A stretch of 64,000 bases of DNA from a virus. The stretch covers positions 32,001 through 96,000 of the IMG/VR virus record IMGVR_UViG_3300022689_000130. The stretch is one strand, 5' to 3'. Each line of letters opens with the position of its first letter. The first letter of the stretch is position 1. The translations under genes were made by a program, and so were the position numbers. The notes under the pieces are model-generated. The model searched no databases, was not told where the DNA came from, and was given only the letters and a program-made list of their open reading frames with translations. This document shows, in pieces, positions 19,460 to 27,192 of this stretch.

Positions 19460-20154
19460 TATTTCTTCCCCTTGAAGTTTTTGTATTCACGGAGCATACT
19501 TTCTTCAGTGTGGTCTTCTTCGATTTTTACTGGCATCGCGTCCGCATCCAAATAACGACGAAGGCTGAGATCTACTGTTTCACCGTCTGGCTGCTCTTGA
19601 TAGTGTCCACGATCATCATATTGCTTATAGATCGAATTGGCCCACTCACGCATTGTCTGTGCTTCAGTATTGCTTGCTTCGTCTGCCTTTTCTTTGTCCT
19701 TAGCAGCTTTTTTCATGCTTTCTTTTTCATCACCATCGCCATCAATGTCAGCAAAATCCGGTTTGCTTTCTTCAAGACTTTGTTCGCTTATCTGCATGAT
19801 CTCTGGCTTTGCATTTGCAGTTGGATCTTTGAACCGACTGAAAATTGCACGAGCAATTGCGCGAGCTTCATTTTTTGAACTGGTAGTAACAATCAGCTCT
19901 TCATTAGCCCAACCAATATCATCATATTTAAATCCCTGGCTTGAAAGGTAATCATAAACCTTGTCACTCACGTCACGCAATGTGCGCATAGTGACTTTCC
20001 ATCCTTCGCTTTCAGTTAATGTGCGATTTGATTCCATAAGACTATTACGAATCTCATACATATTCTTTCGTGATTGGTCTGCAACATATTGCAGAGCAGG
20101 CGCATTACCTGCTAGCTGACGCAGTCTATCTAATGTATTCTTATCCATTGTCAT
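19459..20154 (-). CDS. Putative internal head protein with DxDxDG loop
   Basis: LRQLAG; LME/LTE/LEE sites; PDFADIDGDGDEKE. Confidence 0.7.
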   Translation of the reverse strand: MTMDKNTLDRLRQLAGNAPALQYVADQSRKNMYEIRNSLMESNRTLTESEGWKVTMRTLRDVSDKVYDYLSSQGFKYDDIGWANEELIVTTSSKNEARAIARAIFSRFKDPTANAKPEIMQISEQSLEESKPDFADIDGDGDEKESMKKAAKDKEKADEASNTEAQTMREWANSIYKQYDDRGHYQEQPDGETVDLSLRRYLDADAMPVKIEEDHTEESMLREYKNFKGKK

Positions 20155-20662
20155 CTACCTTTTTCAAGTGCTCTGCACGCTCTTTGGAAATTCCCTTAAG
20201 GAATGAATCCTTGAACTTTTCACCATAATAGTCATCAACGTTTGGCTGATCTACTTCACTATAGTCAGCATCTATTAAGCGCGGTTTGTAATTTTCTTCT
20301 GGCATCTCTTCAGCTTCAGCTTCATCCTCGATGTGTAGAGGCTCTAGCTTGTTGCGAACGATTAGAAAACGTTCGTGAATGCCCATTTTTTGTGATAGTT
20401 CTGCTAGCAACTGTAGTGGGCTGGCTGGCTGGCGTGTCTTGAAGTCAATCATGTAAACCTCTGCTGCACCAATGCTGCGGAAGTCACGTGGGTTGCGCTG
20501 GATGATTGTCTTTTTTGGCGTTGTGATATCAAAGCCGTCATATTTTCTTAGGTGCAACTCCATAGCGTCGAGCTGCTCATCAGTTGGCTCCATTGCAATC
20601 TTTACACGAAACTCGTGGATTGCTTCATTTTCTGCCAAATATTGCCCTAGATTCTTCGTCAT
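20141..20662 (-). CDS. Putative head-associated protein
   Basis: MTKNLGQYLAE resembles the T4 capsid-targeting sequence; late promoter CATAAATA upstream. Confidence 0.7.
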   Translation of the reverse strand: MTKNLGQYLAENEAIHEFRVKIAMEPTDEQLDAMELHLRKYDGFDITTPKKTIIQRNPRDFRSIGAAEVYMIDFKTRQPASPLQLLAELSQKMGIHERFLIVRNKLEPLHIEDEAEAEEMPEENYKPRLIDADYSEVDQPNVDDYYGEKFKDSFLKGISKERAEHLKKVDDNG

Positions 20663-20686
20663 AGGAGTCTCCTGCTTGCTATGTAT

Positions 20687-21211
20687 TTATGAGTTATTGT
20701 CTTTTTTTATGCCGGCAATAATGTCGTTGAGTACATCGTTACGTGTGGCAATAATACGGCCTTCTGTTTCTAACGTGTCTTCGTTTGGTTTTTTAAGGTG
20801 GCGGCGCTTGAGATATTCTAGCTTCTCTTGTTCGTGTTCAAGCTTTGCTTTTTGTATTTGCAGCTTGACCATTTCTAGCTTCTTTTGGGCTTTGTTGGTT
20901 TTAGCGTTAAGAGCATTACTCATCATACTGCTCGCTGCATTGGCGATGTCTGCTGCATGGCGATCTTCAACATTTTTGCTCAGTTCAAATAGATCATCAA
21001 ATGCCTCGATTGCTTTGTCAGCATAATTGTCATAATCAGAATCGATGCGGTCTAGGCCGCTCACTTCTGGTAGAGCAGCATCGATTTTGTCTGCTCGTTC
21101 CATAAGATGGCGCATGTCTTCTGCTGTATATTCTTCTACTTCATTTACCTCTTCGGCTTTTGGCAGATCCATTGAAGGTAAATTAAACGTCTCGCACAAT
21201 TTCTTCGTCAT
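20687..21211 (-). CDS. Probable terminase small subunit
   Basis: Helical 174 aa with coiled coil and C-terminal ATRNDVL; upstream of terL. Confidence 0.55.
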   Translation of the reverse strand: MTKKLCETFNLPSMDLPKAEEVNEVEEYTAEDMRHLMERADKIDAALPEVSGLDRIDSDYDNYADKAIEAFDDLFELSKNVEDRHAADIANAASSMMSNALNAKTNKAQKKLEMVKLQIQKAKLEHEQEKLEYLKRRHLKKPNEDTLETEGRIIATRNDVLNDIIAGIKKDNNS

Positions 21212-21315
21212 TAAGCATCGCCTTTATCGAACCATTTTCTCCTGCCATTTACAAGACGAGAACCATAATAGTGACGCTCAGTAAGAATGTGGTAAAGGTG
21301 ATAGGTATATGGCAT
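21211..21315 (-). pseudogene. Internally deleted GIY-YIG endonuclease remnant (34 aa)
   Basis: Hand-translated MPYTYHLYHILTERHYYGSRLVNGRRKWFDKGDA; late promoter CATAAATA just upstream. Confidence 0.6.
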
Positions 21316-21350
21316 ATGCTTATTTATGACTTCAAGTTTAATAGTCATAG

Positions 21351-21731
21351 TCATTGTGGATCCCAAGAACGAGTGTTAATCACAACCAATTTGATACCAA
21401 ATGATTCAAAATTTAATCCATTGCCAAAGTCCAGTTCGTCCTCGTTGCGCGCTAACAACACACATACTGGTATTTTACCGCTTTCTTGCGCATAAACAAG
21501 GCTCTGTCCGATACACTCGTATGATTTCATTCGTGTAGCCCAGTCAAACTCGATAATTACAAATTCTGTTTGACAATCTGGACGCAAACCTGATGGTAAC
21601 TGTTCCTCATATCCATTGTATCGTTCAGCACAGATGCGATCTGAGTAATAGCTCTCACGTTCTGCTGCAAAACTTGCTACGGCTGCTAACATTCCCAATG
21701 CTAATGAAGCAAAAAAGATCACGGTTTTCAT
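21351..21731 (-). CDS. Signal-peptide protein with restriction-endonuclease-like motifs
   Basis: MKTVIFFASLALGMLAAVASFA-AE signal; RPDC...IIEFDW...IGQSLVYA. Confidence 0.7.
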   Translation of the reverse strand: MKTVIFFASLALGMLAAVASFAAERESYYSDRICAERYNGYEEQLPSGLRPDCQTEFVIIEFDWATRMKSYECIGQSLVYAQESGKIPVCVLLARNEDELDFGNGLNFESFGIKLVVINTRSWDPQ

Positions 21732-21952
21732 ATTCTACTCACCCTATAATTTCCTCGTATATCGCTATGCCAAAATTTACCTTTACTTGGCGCCTGTAAC
21801 CATTGGCGGAATATACCTTCTGGCAACCCAAGTATACGATAACGGCGGCCGTTATTCAGTGTCATAAATGTAACATTGTGGTCACGGTCTAAGTCTGCAA
21901 TCCAGCTAGACATGACTCCAACTTCGTCTAGCTGTAATTCGTCGATTTTCAT
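21728..21952 (-). CDS. KTSC-domain protein
   Basis: SSWIADLD...NGRRYRILGLPEGIFRQWLQAPSKGKFWHSDIRGNY. Confidence 0.85.
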   Translation of the reverse strand: MKIDELQLDEVGVMSSWIADLDRDHNVTFMTLNNGRRYRILGLPEGIFRQWLQAPSKGKFWHSDIRGNYRVSRI

Positions 21953-22416
21953 TTCGTTCTCTTCACTTTACGTGGTCGACGGCTTGTCGGCTTTTGTGGT
22001 CGGTTGAAAATTTCGTTCTCTGTGATAATACGGAACCCTATACCTTGCTGTCTTGCCCATTGCTGAGCATAATCCCACTTGGACTTATTGATTACTGCCA
22101 TCGCTTTATCATATTGTCCTTTTGCATTTCCTATTATTTGAGTGCTCGGCTTGATTTCGACAATCTCGGCATGTTTTTTGCCTTCTTTGTCTACATAGAT
22201 GACAAAGAAGTCTGGCACGTATGTTGAACGCTTGCCTGTAATTGGATGAATGTATGGAATACGGTGGCTTTCGCTAGCCCAGGCTAGCACATTGGGATGG
22301 TTATCACACATTCTACAAAAGCTCAATTCCCATCCACTGCGATAATGCGGAATATGCTTACCAATGTATTTTTCTCGGTTTTTAGGTTGGTATTTGCCCT
22401 GCTGGTATGTTGCCAT
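21949..22416 (-). CDS. gp4: Head completion nuclease (gp4-like)
   Basis: QGKYQPKNREKYIG...YRSGWE...WASE...YVPDF...EIKP. Confidence 0.9.
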   Translation of the reverse strand: MATYQQGKYQPKNREKYIGKHIPHYRSGWELSFCRMCDNHPNVLAWASESHRIPYIHPITGKRSTYVPDFFVIYVDKEGKKHAEIVEIKPSTQIIGNAKGQYDKAMAVINKSKWDYAQQWARQQGIGFRIITENEIFNRPQKPTSRRPRKVKRTK

Positions 22417-22427
22417 ACCGATATTTA

Positions 22428-23078
22428 TTAGTCACGCCAAGGAAGAGGTGGACCATTTGAAGCCCGCTCAATGCCATCTTCTGACGGTGCAGGAATTGCA
22501 TCTAGTCGAATGCTTTCAGGCTGGAATGTAATTGACCATTCAACAGGATTGCTGTCGCTGTAAGCTAAAGTATCTCCTTGAATACTGGTGATAATCGGAT
22601 TGATTAACTGTGTGCTACGAACCGTTCCGTTGTAGTAACCAGCTTGTTCAATAATGATCTGACGGAAGAAGTAACGTCCTGCATTAAGAGTAAACCCTAA
22701 ATCTGTTTCAAAGTTTATGTTTACAGTGCTGTCACCTTCTAATCCCCGCGGGTTCAATACACCACGGCCATCATTGTAGTAAAACGCCAGGTAATTTTGC
22801 ATCAAATTGAACCAAGCATTGTCGTGTGTATCAATGAATACAACTGTAACTGGTTCATAAATGAGCCGAGTTTGCACATAACGCTTTTTGTTATATTGGT
22901 TCATTATTGAACCTTCAACTGAAAAACTTGCGGTAGTTGCACTTCTCACAGTGTTAAAGTATTGCGGCTGTTCTTCTGTCGGATAGACACTCAATGTAAA
23001 ATTGAAGCGTTGTCTCGGGGCGAGGGCGCCGCCACCGCCCGATCCATATACTTCATGTCCAAAGTTTACAATCCCCAT
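22428..23078 (-). CDS. Tail-tube-fold protein (gp19 paralogue / tube initiator-like)
   Basis: NQYNKKRYVQTRLIYEPVTVVFID, LINPIITSIQGDTLAYS. Confidence 0.75.
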   Translation of the reverse strand: MGIVNFGHEVYGSGGGGALAPRQRFNFTLSVYPTEEQPQYFNTVRSATTASFSVEGSIMNQYNKKRYVQTRLIYEPVTVVFIDTHDNAWFNLMQNYLAFYYNDGRGVLNPRGLEGDSTVNINFETDLGFTLNAGRYFFRQIIIEQAGYYNGTVRSTQLINPIITSIQGDTLAYSDSNPVEWSITFQPESIRLDAIPAPSEDGIERASNGPPLPWRD

Positions 23079-23111
23079 TATTTTCCTAACCCATATCCAT
23101 TCTTTATTCGA

Positions 23112-23154
23112 AAAGTTAGCTGAAGTCGGCAGTTAAATTACTTCAGCTAACTTT
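23112..23154. terminator. 15-bp inverted repeat after the tail tube gene
   Basis: AAAGTTAGCTGAAGT-N13-ACTTCAGCTAACTTT. Confidence 0.55.
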
Positions 23155-23162
23155 CAACAAAA

Positions 23163-23768
23163 TTATTCTGTTGCGTTAGATTGCGTGTTTGGATCAACTT
23201 GATAACTTGGACCACTGAGGTTATCAATATTGTTGACTACATGCTGGGCGTTATCGTAACGAACCTGGATGCTAATAGTTTGATATTCACCACCGCTAGC
23301 ATAGTTGGTTTCGTTGTAGGTCAAGTTTGAAATATAACAACCGCTCAGGCGCCATACATCAAGAACACGCGGATCAGGATTGCCGCCGTTGAGGTTTTCA
23401 ATGTCCATTTGAAATTTGTAGCTTACACCGCTGCGAGGTGAGCTTTGGTTAGCCATATCAATTTGCTTTGCAACCTGCTGGTCAAGTAGTGTGCTTGTTC
23501 GTGAATTGATATCATCACGTAGCTCTACGGTAATTGGTTCCCAAGAATGCTTGCCAGCCAAATAAATTCGTGAGTTATATGTATCCACTGTAACTTCTTC
23601 ATGGGTAAGATTTGGACGTGTAACACTGACAACGTTATTTGTTACAACTTTAGTATCCTCAGCACCCAGGTTAATGAAGTTGACGCGAAAGCGAAACTGT
23701 AGCTTGGGCATCAAAGTGCCCTGGCTTTCGCCTTCCACTGGAACACTTAATCTATCAAGAACTGCCAT
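23163..23768 (-). CDS. gp19: Tail tube protein (gp19-like)
   Basis: LMPKLQFRFRV, YLAGKHSWEPITVELRDD, VRYDNA; late promoter GATAAATA. Confidence 0.9.
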   Translation of the reverse strand: MAVLDRLSVPVEGESQGTLMPKLQFRFRVNFINLGAEDTKVVTNNVVSVTRPNLTHEEVTVDTYNSRIYLAGKHSWEPITVELRDDINSRTSTLLDQQVAKQIDMANQSSPRSGVSYKFQMDIENLNGGNPDPRVLDVWRLSGCYISNLTYNETNYASGGEYQTISIQVRYDNAQHVVNNIDNLSGPSYQVDPNTQSNATE

Positions 23769-23883
23769 TCGTTTATCTCCTTATGTGCGATCTCTGCTTA
23801 AAGTATTTATCATTTAGAAATTTTTTTCTTGACTGCTAGAAGGTTGTATTGTATGTTATAGTCGCTATCAAAGGAGATATGAA

Positions 23884-23967
23884 ATGCTAAATCAAGAAAA
23901 CCTTGTCATCATGGTGACTTTGCAGCTTGTTGACTTTGTCAACCTCTACGGTGCTGTATTTTTCTAA
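23884..23967 (+). CDS. Small hydrophobic peptide (27 aa)
   Basis: MLNQENLVIMVTLQLVDFVNLYGAVFF with AAAGGAGA RBS and TTGACT-17 bp-TATGTT promoter. Confidence 0.45.
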   Translation: MLNQENLVIMVTLQLVDFVNLYGAVFF

Positions 23968-23971
23968 GCGC

Positions 23972-24400
23972 CTATGGCTTGAGAAGATTTTGATTAGGGA
24001 CAGTGATCGGCGCTAATTGGTCGCCGTCGCTACGTTCGCCAAAAATCATAATTTGGCCTGGTCTTCCGTCCATAACACCCAGCCGTTGTTCTTCCAACTT
24101 GGCTGCTTCATCTCGATCATAGTCGTAAATATAGATACGGTTTCCTTTTTCACTCGTTGTCCAAATGATAATTTTGGACTCTGGTGTAATCACGTGCCAC
24201 ACATAGCCATGTTCTCCCTCTGGCCGAGATGGTATTGGCGCGCCTAGCTGTTCTACATATACGTTGAACGCGAACATTCCTATTAAAAGAAAACCCAACA
24301 GAGCTGATAGTTTGACAATGTAGTGTGCACGACTCGCATACATCATAAAAGCTATAGTAAGTGCTGTAATAACGCCTGTTAGAATTAATGCTGTTACCAT
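23972..24400 (-). CDS. Two-TM membrane protein, third gene of the stator-like module
   Basis: Two N-terminal hydrophobic helices followed by a soluble domain. Confidence 0.75.
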   Translation of the reverse strand: MVTALILTGVITALTIAFMMYASRAHYIVKLSALLGFLLIGMFAFNVYVEQLGAPIPSRPEGEHGYVWHVITPESKIIIWTTSEKGNRIYIYDYDRDEAAKLEEQRLGVMDGRPGQIMIFGERSDGDQLAPITVPNQNLLKP

Positions 24401-25017
24401 TCTTCTTCCTGTCCTGAAGGCAAGGTTGTTTCGTCAGCACCTAAAGTAACATGTGGTAATTGAATGTCGGTTCTCAAATCAACAACCTGTCCAGTTTCAT
24501 CTACAACGAATGAAACTACTGTAGTTTCTTGGTGTGGCTCTAAATTAACTTTACCAGAAAACAATGTGCTGTAAGGGTCTAGATGCGTGAGCAAGATCTC
24601 AACTTCTTCAGTTGGACCAAGTGAACTAAAATAGTGAACATTAACAAAATACTCGCCTGGTGGCAACACAGTGAAGCGAATATTTTCATAGTTGCGTTTA
24701 ATTGTCACAGGCTCATTGTTAATTTCGATAGTATCGTTCTGTGTGCCTCGATCGTCTCGTTCCAAAACAAAGTAGCTTCCATCTTTACGTCTAAAACCTA
24801 CCCAGTCGCCATCCTTACCACGAACCCAGAGATCAATATCCACACGGCTTTCTGAATCCCAAACCATTTCCACCATAAACTTGATTGGTGGATCTATTTT
24901 TCCACCCTGAGTAGGTGGATTAACCATAAGAAATGCAATGATGAACATTGTTGTGATGCCTAATAACAAATTAAACACAAGGTCCAGAAATGCTAATCTC
25001 ATCGGGCCACTGGTCAT
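24394..25017 (-). CDS. MotB/ExbD-like single-TM protein with YfaP-like beta domain
   Basis: TM AFLDLVFNLLLG with the conserved Asp; W..DIDLWV...LERDDRG...NYENI...PPGEYFVNVHYF. Confidence 0.75.
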   Translation of the reverse strand: MTSGPMRLAFLDLVFNLLLGITTMFIIAFLMVNPPTQGGKIDPPIKFMVEMVWDSESRVDIDLWVRGKDGDWVGFRRKDGSYFVLERDDRGTQNDTIEINNEPVTIKRNYENIRFTVLPPGEYFVNVHYFSSLGPTEEVEILLTHLDPYSTLFSGKVNLEPHQETTVVSFVVDETGQVVDLRTDIQLPHVTLGADETTLPSGQEEEW

Positions 25018-25466
25018 TCTTCAAGCACCACCAATTGAAAACCTATAATTGCTGAAGTCACGATACCACTAAGAGAGGTGAGCAATGCAGCCGCCATTCC
25101 TCCCGCCATGTCTGTAAGTGCTTGAGTCATGACGGTTGTATCTGTTGGATCTAACACAACCCCTGGCCCAAACACACTCCAAAGAACTATCATGAATCCG
25201 ATTAACGTTCCAACAAGACCAATCGCCACGGAAGTTTCTCCCATATAACGAACCATTTGGTGTCTGTTCTCTTCATACTGCCCTTGCCAATGGTACTTGA
25301 ACATCATCAGATGAGATGCTACAAGAATAGCGAGGTTAGCAAAGGTAAGATAGGTCTTGTCGTTGGCTAAAATAAAATCAAATAACCCAAAGTAGACTTG
25401 TCCGGTTATTAGTGCGAAGACAATCATTACCAATATTGTCCAAAACTTCCAAAACTTCATATCCAT
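25014..25466 (-). CDS. MotA/TolQ/ExbB proton-channel family protein
   Basis: Four TMs; IGLVGTLIGF and MAGGMAAALLTSLSG motifs. Confidence 0.85.
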   Translation of the reverse strand: MDMKFWKFWTILVMIVFALITGQVYFGLFDFILANDKTYLTFANLAILVASHLMMFKYHWQGQYEENRHQMVRYMGETSVAIGLVGTLIGFMIVLWSVFGPGVVLDPTDTTVMTQALTDMAGGMAAALLTSLSGIVTSAIIGFQLVVLEE

Positions 25467-25477
25467 ATGACTGCCCT

Positions 25478-27112
25478 TTAATAATGTATGTGGTTATTTA
25501 TCCATACATATTTGGCATTTCCACAGTCCCAGATTCGATTCCATCCTTCTTGGTCTCGTAGTTGAAATTCAGTGAGAATTGAATCAGCTGGCTTTTTCAA
25601 TGAGAACCTATGTCTTCTTTTTGTCGCATCAATATACCAATAGTTTATTGGAGATACTGATTTAAATTTAAATCCAAGAGACTCATAAACTTTTCCGTTG
25701 TTCCATCTCAAATCAGAAAATGTAATTACATTAGATGGATTAAAATCTTTAACAAATCTCTTGAACAATTTTGATGCGCCGCCAACCACCACGACATCAG
25801 TCTGTGAACAAAATCTAGAAAGTTCCCATCCCTTTTGTTTTTTGCTTGCATCTCCATTACGAAAAGTCATGACCGAAACAATCCTGCCTTGATCGAATAA
25901 TCCGTAATTCACACTGGCGTTATGATAACCTTGAATATGAAACTGATCACAGAAACTCCTAGCCTGTGCTGCACTGATTGGTTTACATATGGTTTTTCTG
26001 GCATAGATTTTGTCGCCAATTAGTCCTAATTTATGTAATAATCTAGCCTTTACAATATCACGTTTGTGAAGCCATTCATCTTCAAATATAGTAATCAAGT
26101 CGTATCCGTTTTCTTTGCATTTGGCAAGCTTTTCACTGTGATATTCTCGCGCAACTCTTTTGTCATTATGCCAATATAGTCCACAATACTCGATTGCTAA
26201 CTTACGATCTTTGATTACGATATCAAGTTCTTGAGGTGCAATCAAGGTTCGGTTGTTTCTATCCACATCAACATAATGTTCAAGAAAATCTGCAATTTGG
26301 TTTTCAGCAATGCTACCTTTGTTATTAACGCCCAGACATCTGCTACAAATTTCACCAAATGTACGCAACCTGTATTTGATTGTTTCGGTAGTTAGTATTT
26401 CCTCTTTATGGCATTCCTGGCATCGAATTTCAATACGGCAATTTGGATTTTTATATGCAGCTTGTAAATCCAGGCTTGGAGTATGTATCTTCACAATGTC
26501 AGCATGTGAGTTTACCAGAATCGAAAATGTATTGCATTGCCGTTGTCGTTGTTTTTCTCTCCACTCGTCGCTTTCAAAATAATTGTCAACTCCGTAATTT
26601 TTCCGCAATGTTGCTTTGCATTTCTCCCTATGATTTTCAATTTGACTTGGGTTTGAAACTCCATACCGATTTTGTAATGTTTCCCTCCCTTTTGTATTCA
26701 ACACTAGTGCCCGTTCACGAGCTGATTCAATGGCGGTCGGACTGACTTTTTGCCCATATTTTTTGATATTTGTAGCAATACGTTTTTTTTGAGTTTCCTC
26801 CATTTTAGCTGGATTATCAACTCCATAAAGTTCAATCATTGATTTGCGCATCTTATCAATTGCTGATTCGCCTATTTGTTTCTTTAATTTTTCTCGGCAT
26901 TTTCTTGAACAAGTTGTTTTCCCTCGATCAGGTAAATTGCCACATACAGCACATTTAGGAATTGGATCATCGCTGAGTATAAGATAACATTGATATGAAA
27001 AGTCTTTGTCAGGAAACTGTAATTCAAGCCATTCAATCATTTCTTTAGTTAGATGTTTGCGCCTGCTGTTTCGAGGGCAAGATTGTAGTATTTGTCGTAT
27101 TTGTTGTTTCAT
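25478..27112 (-). CDS. Hef-like homing endonuclease (PD-(D/E)XK) with C-terminal GNAT/Mom-like domain
   Basis: YGVDN repeats; ELDIV...LAIEYCGLYWH; IFEDEW; YARK, WELSRFC, VGGASKL, FSDLRW, IWDCG. Confidence 0.85.
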   Translation of the reverse strand: MKQQIRQILQSCPRNSRRKHLTKEMIEWLELQFPDKDFSYQCYLILSDDPIPKCAVCGNLPDRGKTTCSRKCREKLKKQIGESAIDKMRKSMIELYGVDNPAKMEETQKKRIATNIKKYGQKVSPTAIESARERALVLNTKGRETLQNRYGVSNPSQIENHREKCKATLRKNYGVDNYFESDEWREKQRQRQCNTFSILVNSHADIVKIHTPSLDLQAAYKNPNCRIEIRCQECHKEEILTTETIKYRLRTFGEICSRCLGVNNKGSIAENQIADFLEHYVDVDRNNRTLIAPQELDIVIKDRKLAIEYCGLYWHNDKRVAREYHSEKLAKCKENGYDLITIFEDEWLHKRDIVKARLLHKLGLIGDKIYARKTICKPISAAQARSFCDQFHIQGYHNASVNYGLFDQGRIVSVMTFRNGDASKKQKGWELSRFCSQTDVVVVGGASKLFKRFVKDFNPSNVITFSDLRWNNGKVYESLGFKFKSVSPINYWYIDATKRRHRFSLKKPADSILTEFQLRDQEGWNRIWDCGNAKYVWINNHIHY

Positions 27113-27155
27113 GCTTTTATTTATCACACACTACTGCGAAATTTTTTACATATTC

Positions 27156-27187
27156 AAAAATATAGGCGGCTAACCGCCTATATTTTT
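27156..27187. terminator. Bidirectional terminator after the sheath gene
   Basis: AAAAATATAGGCGG-CTAA-CCGCCTATATTTTT. Confidence 0.85.
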
Positions 27188-27192
27188 ATTAG

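Noticed and set aside
21949-22416. TnsA-like transposase
   Set aside because: Motifs and position match T4 gp4 head-completion nuclease; no other Tn7 genes are present
23972-25466. Zorya defence system
   Set aside because: No long ZorA tail, no OmpA-like ZorB domain and no ZorC/D/E
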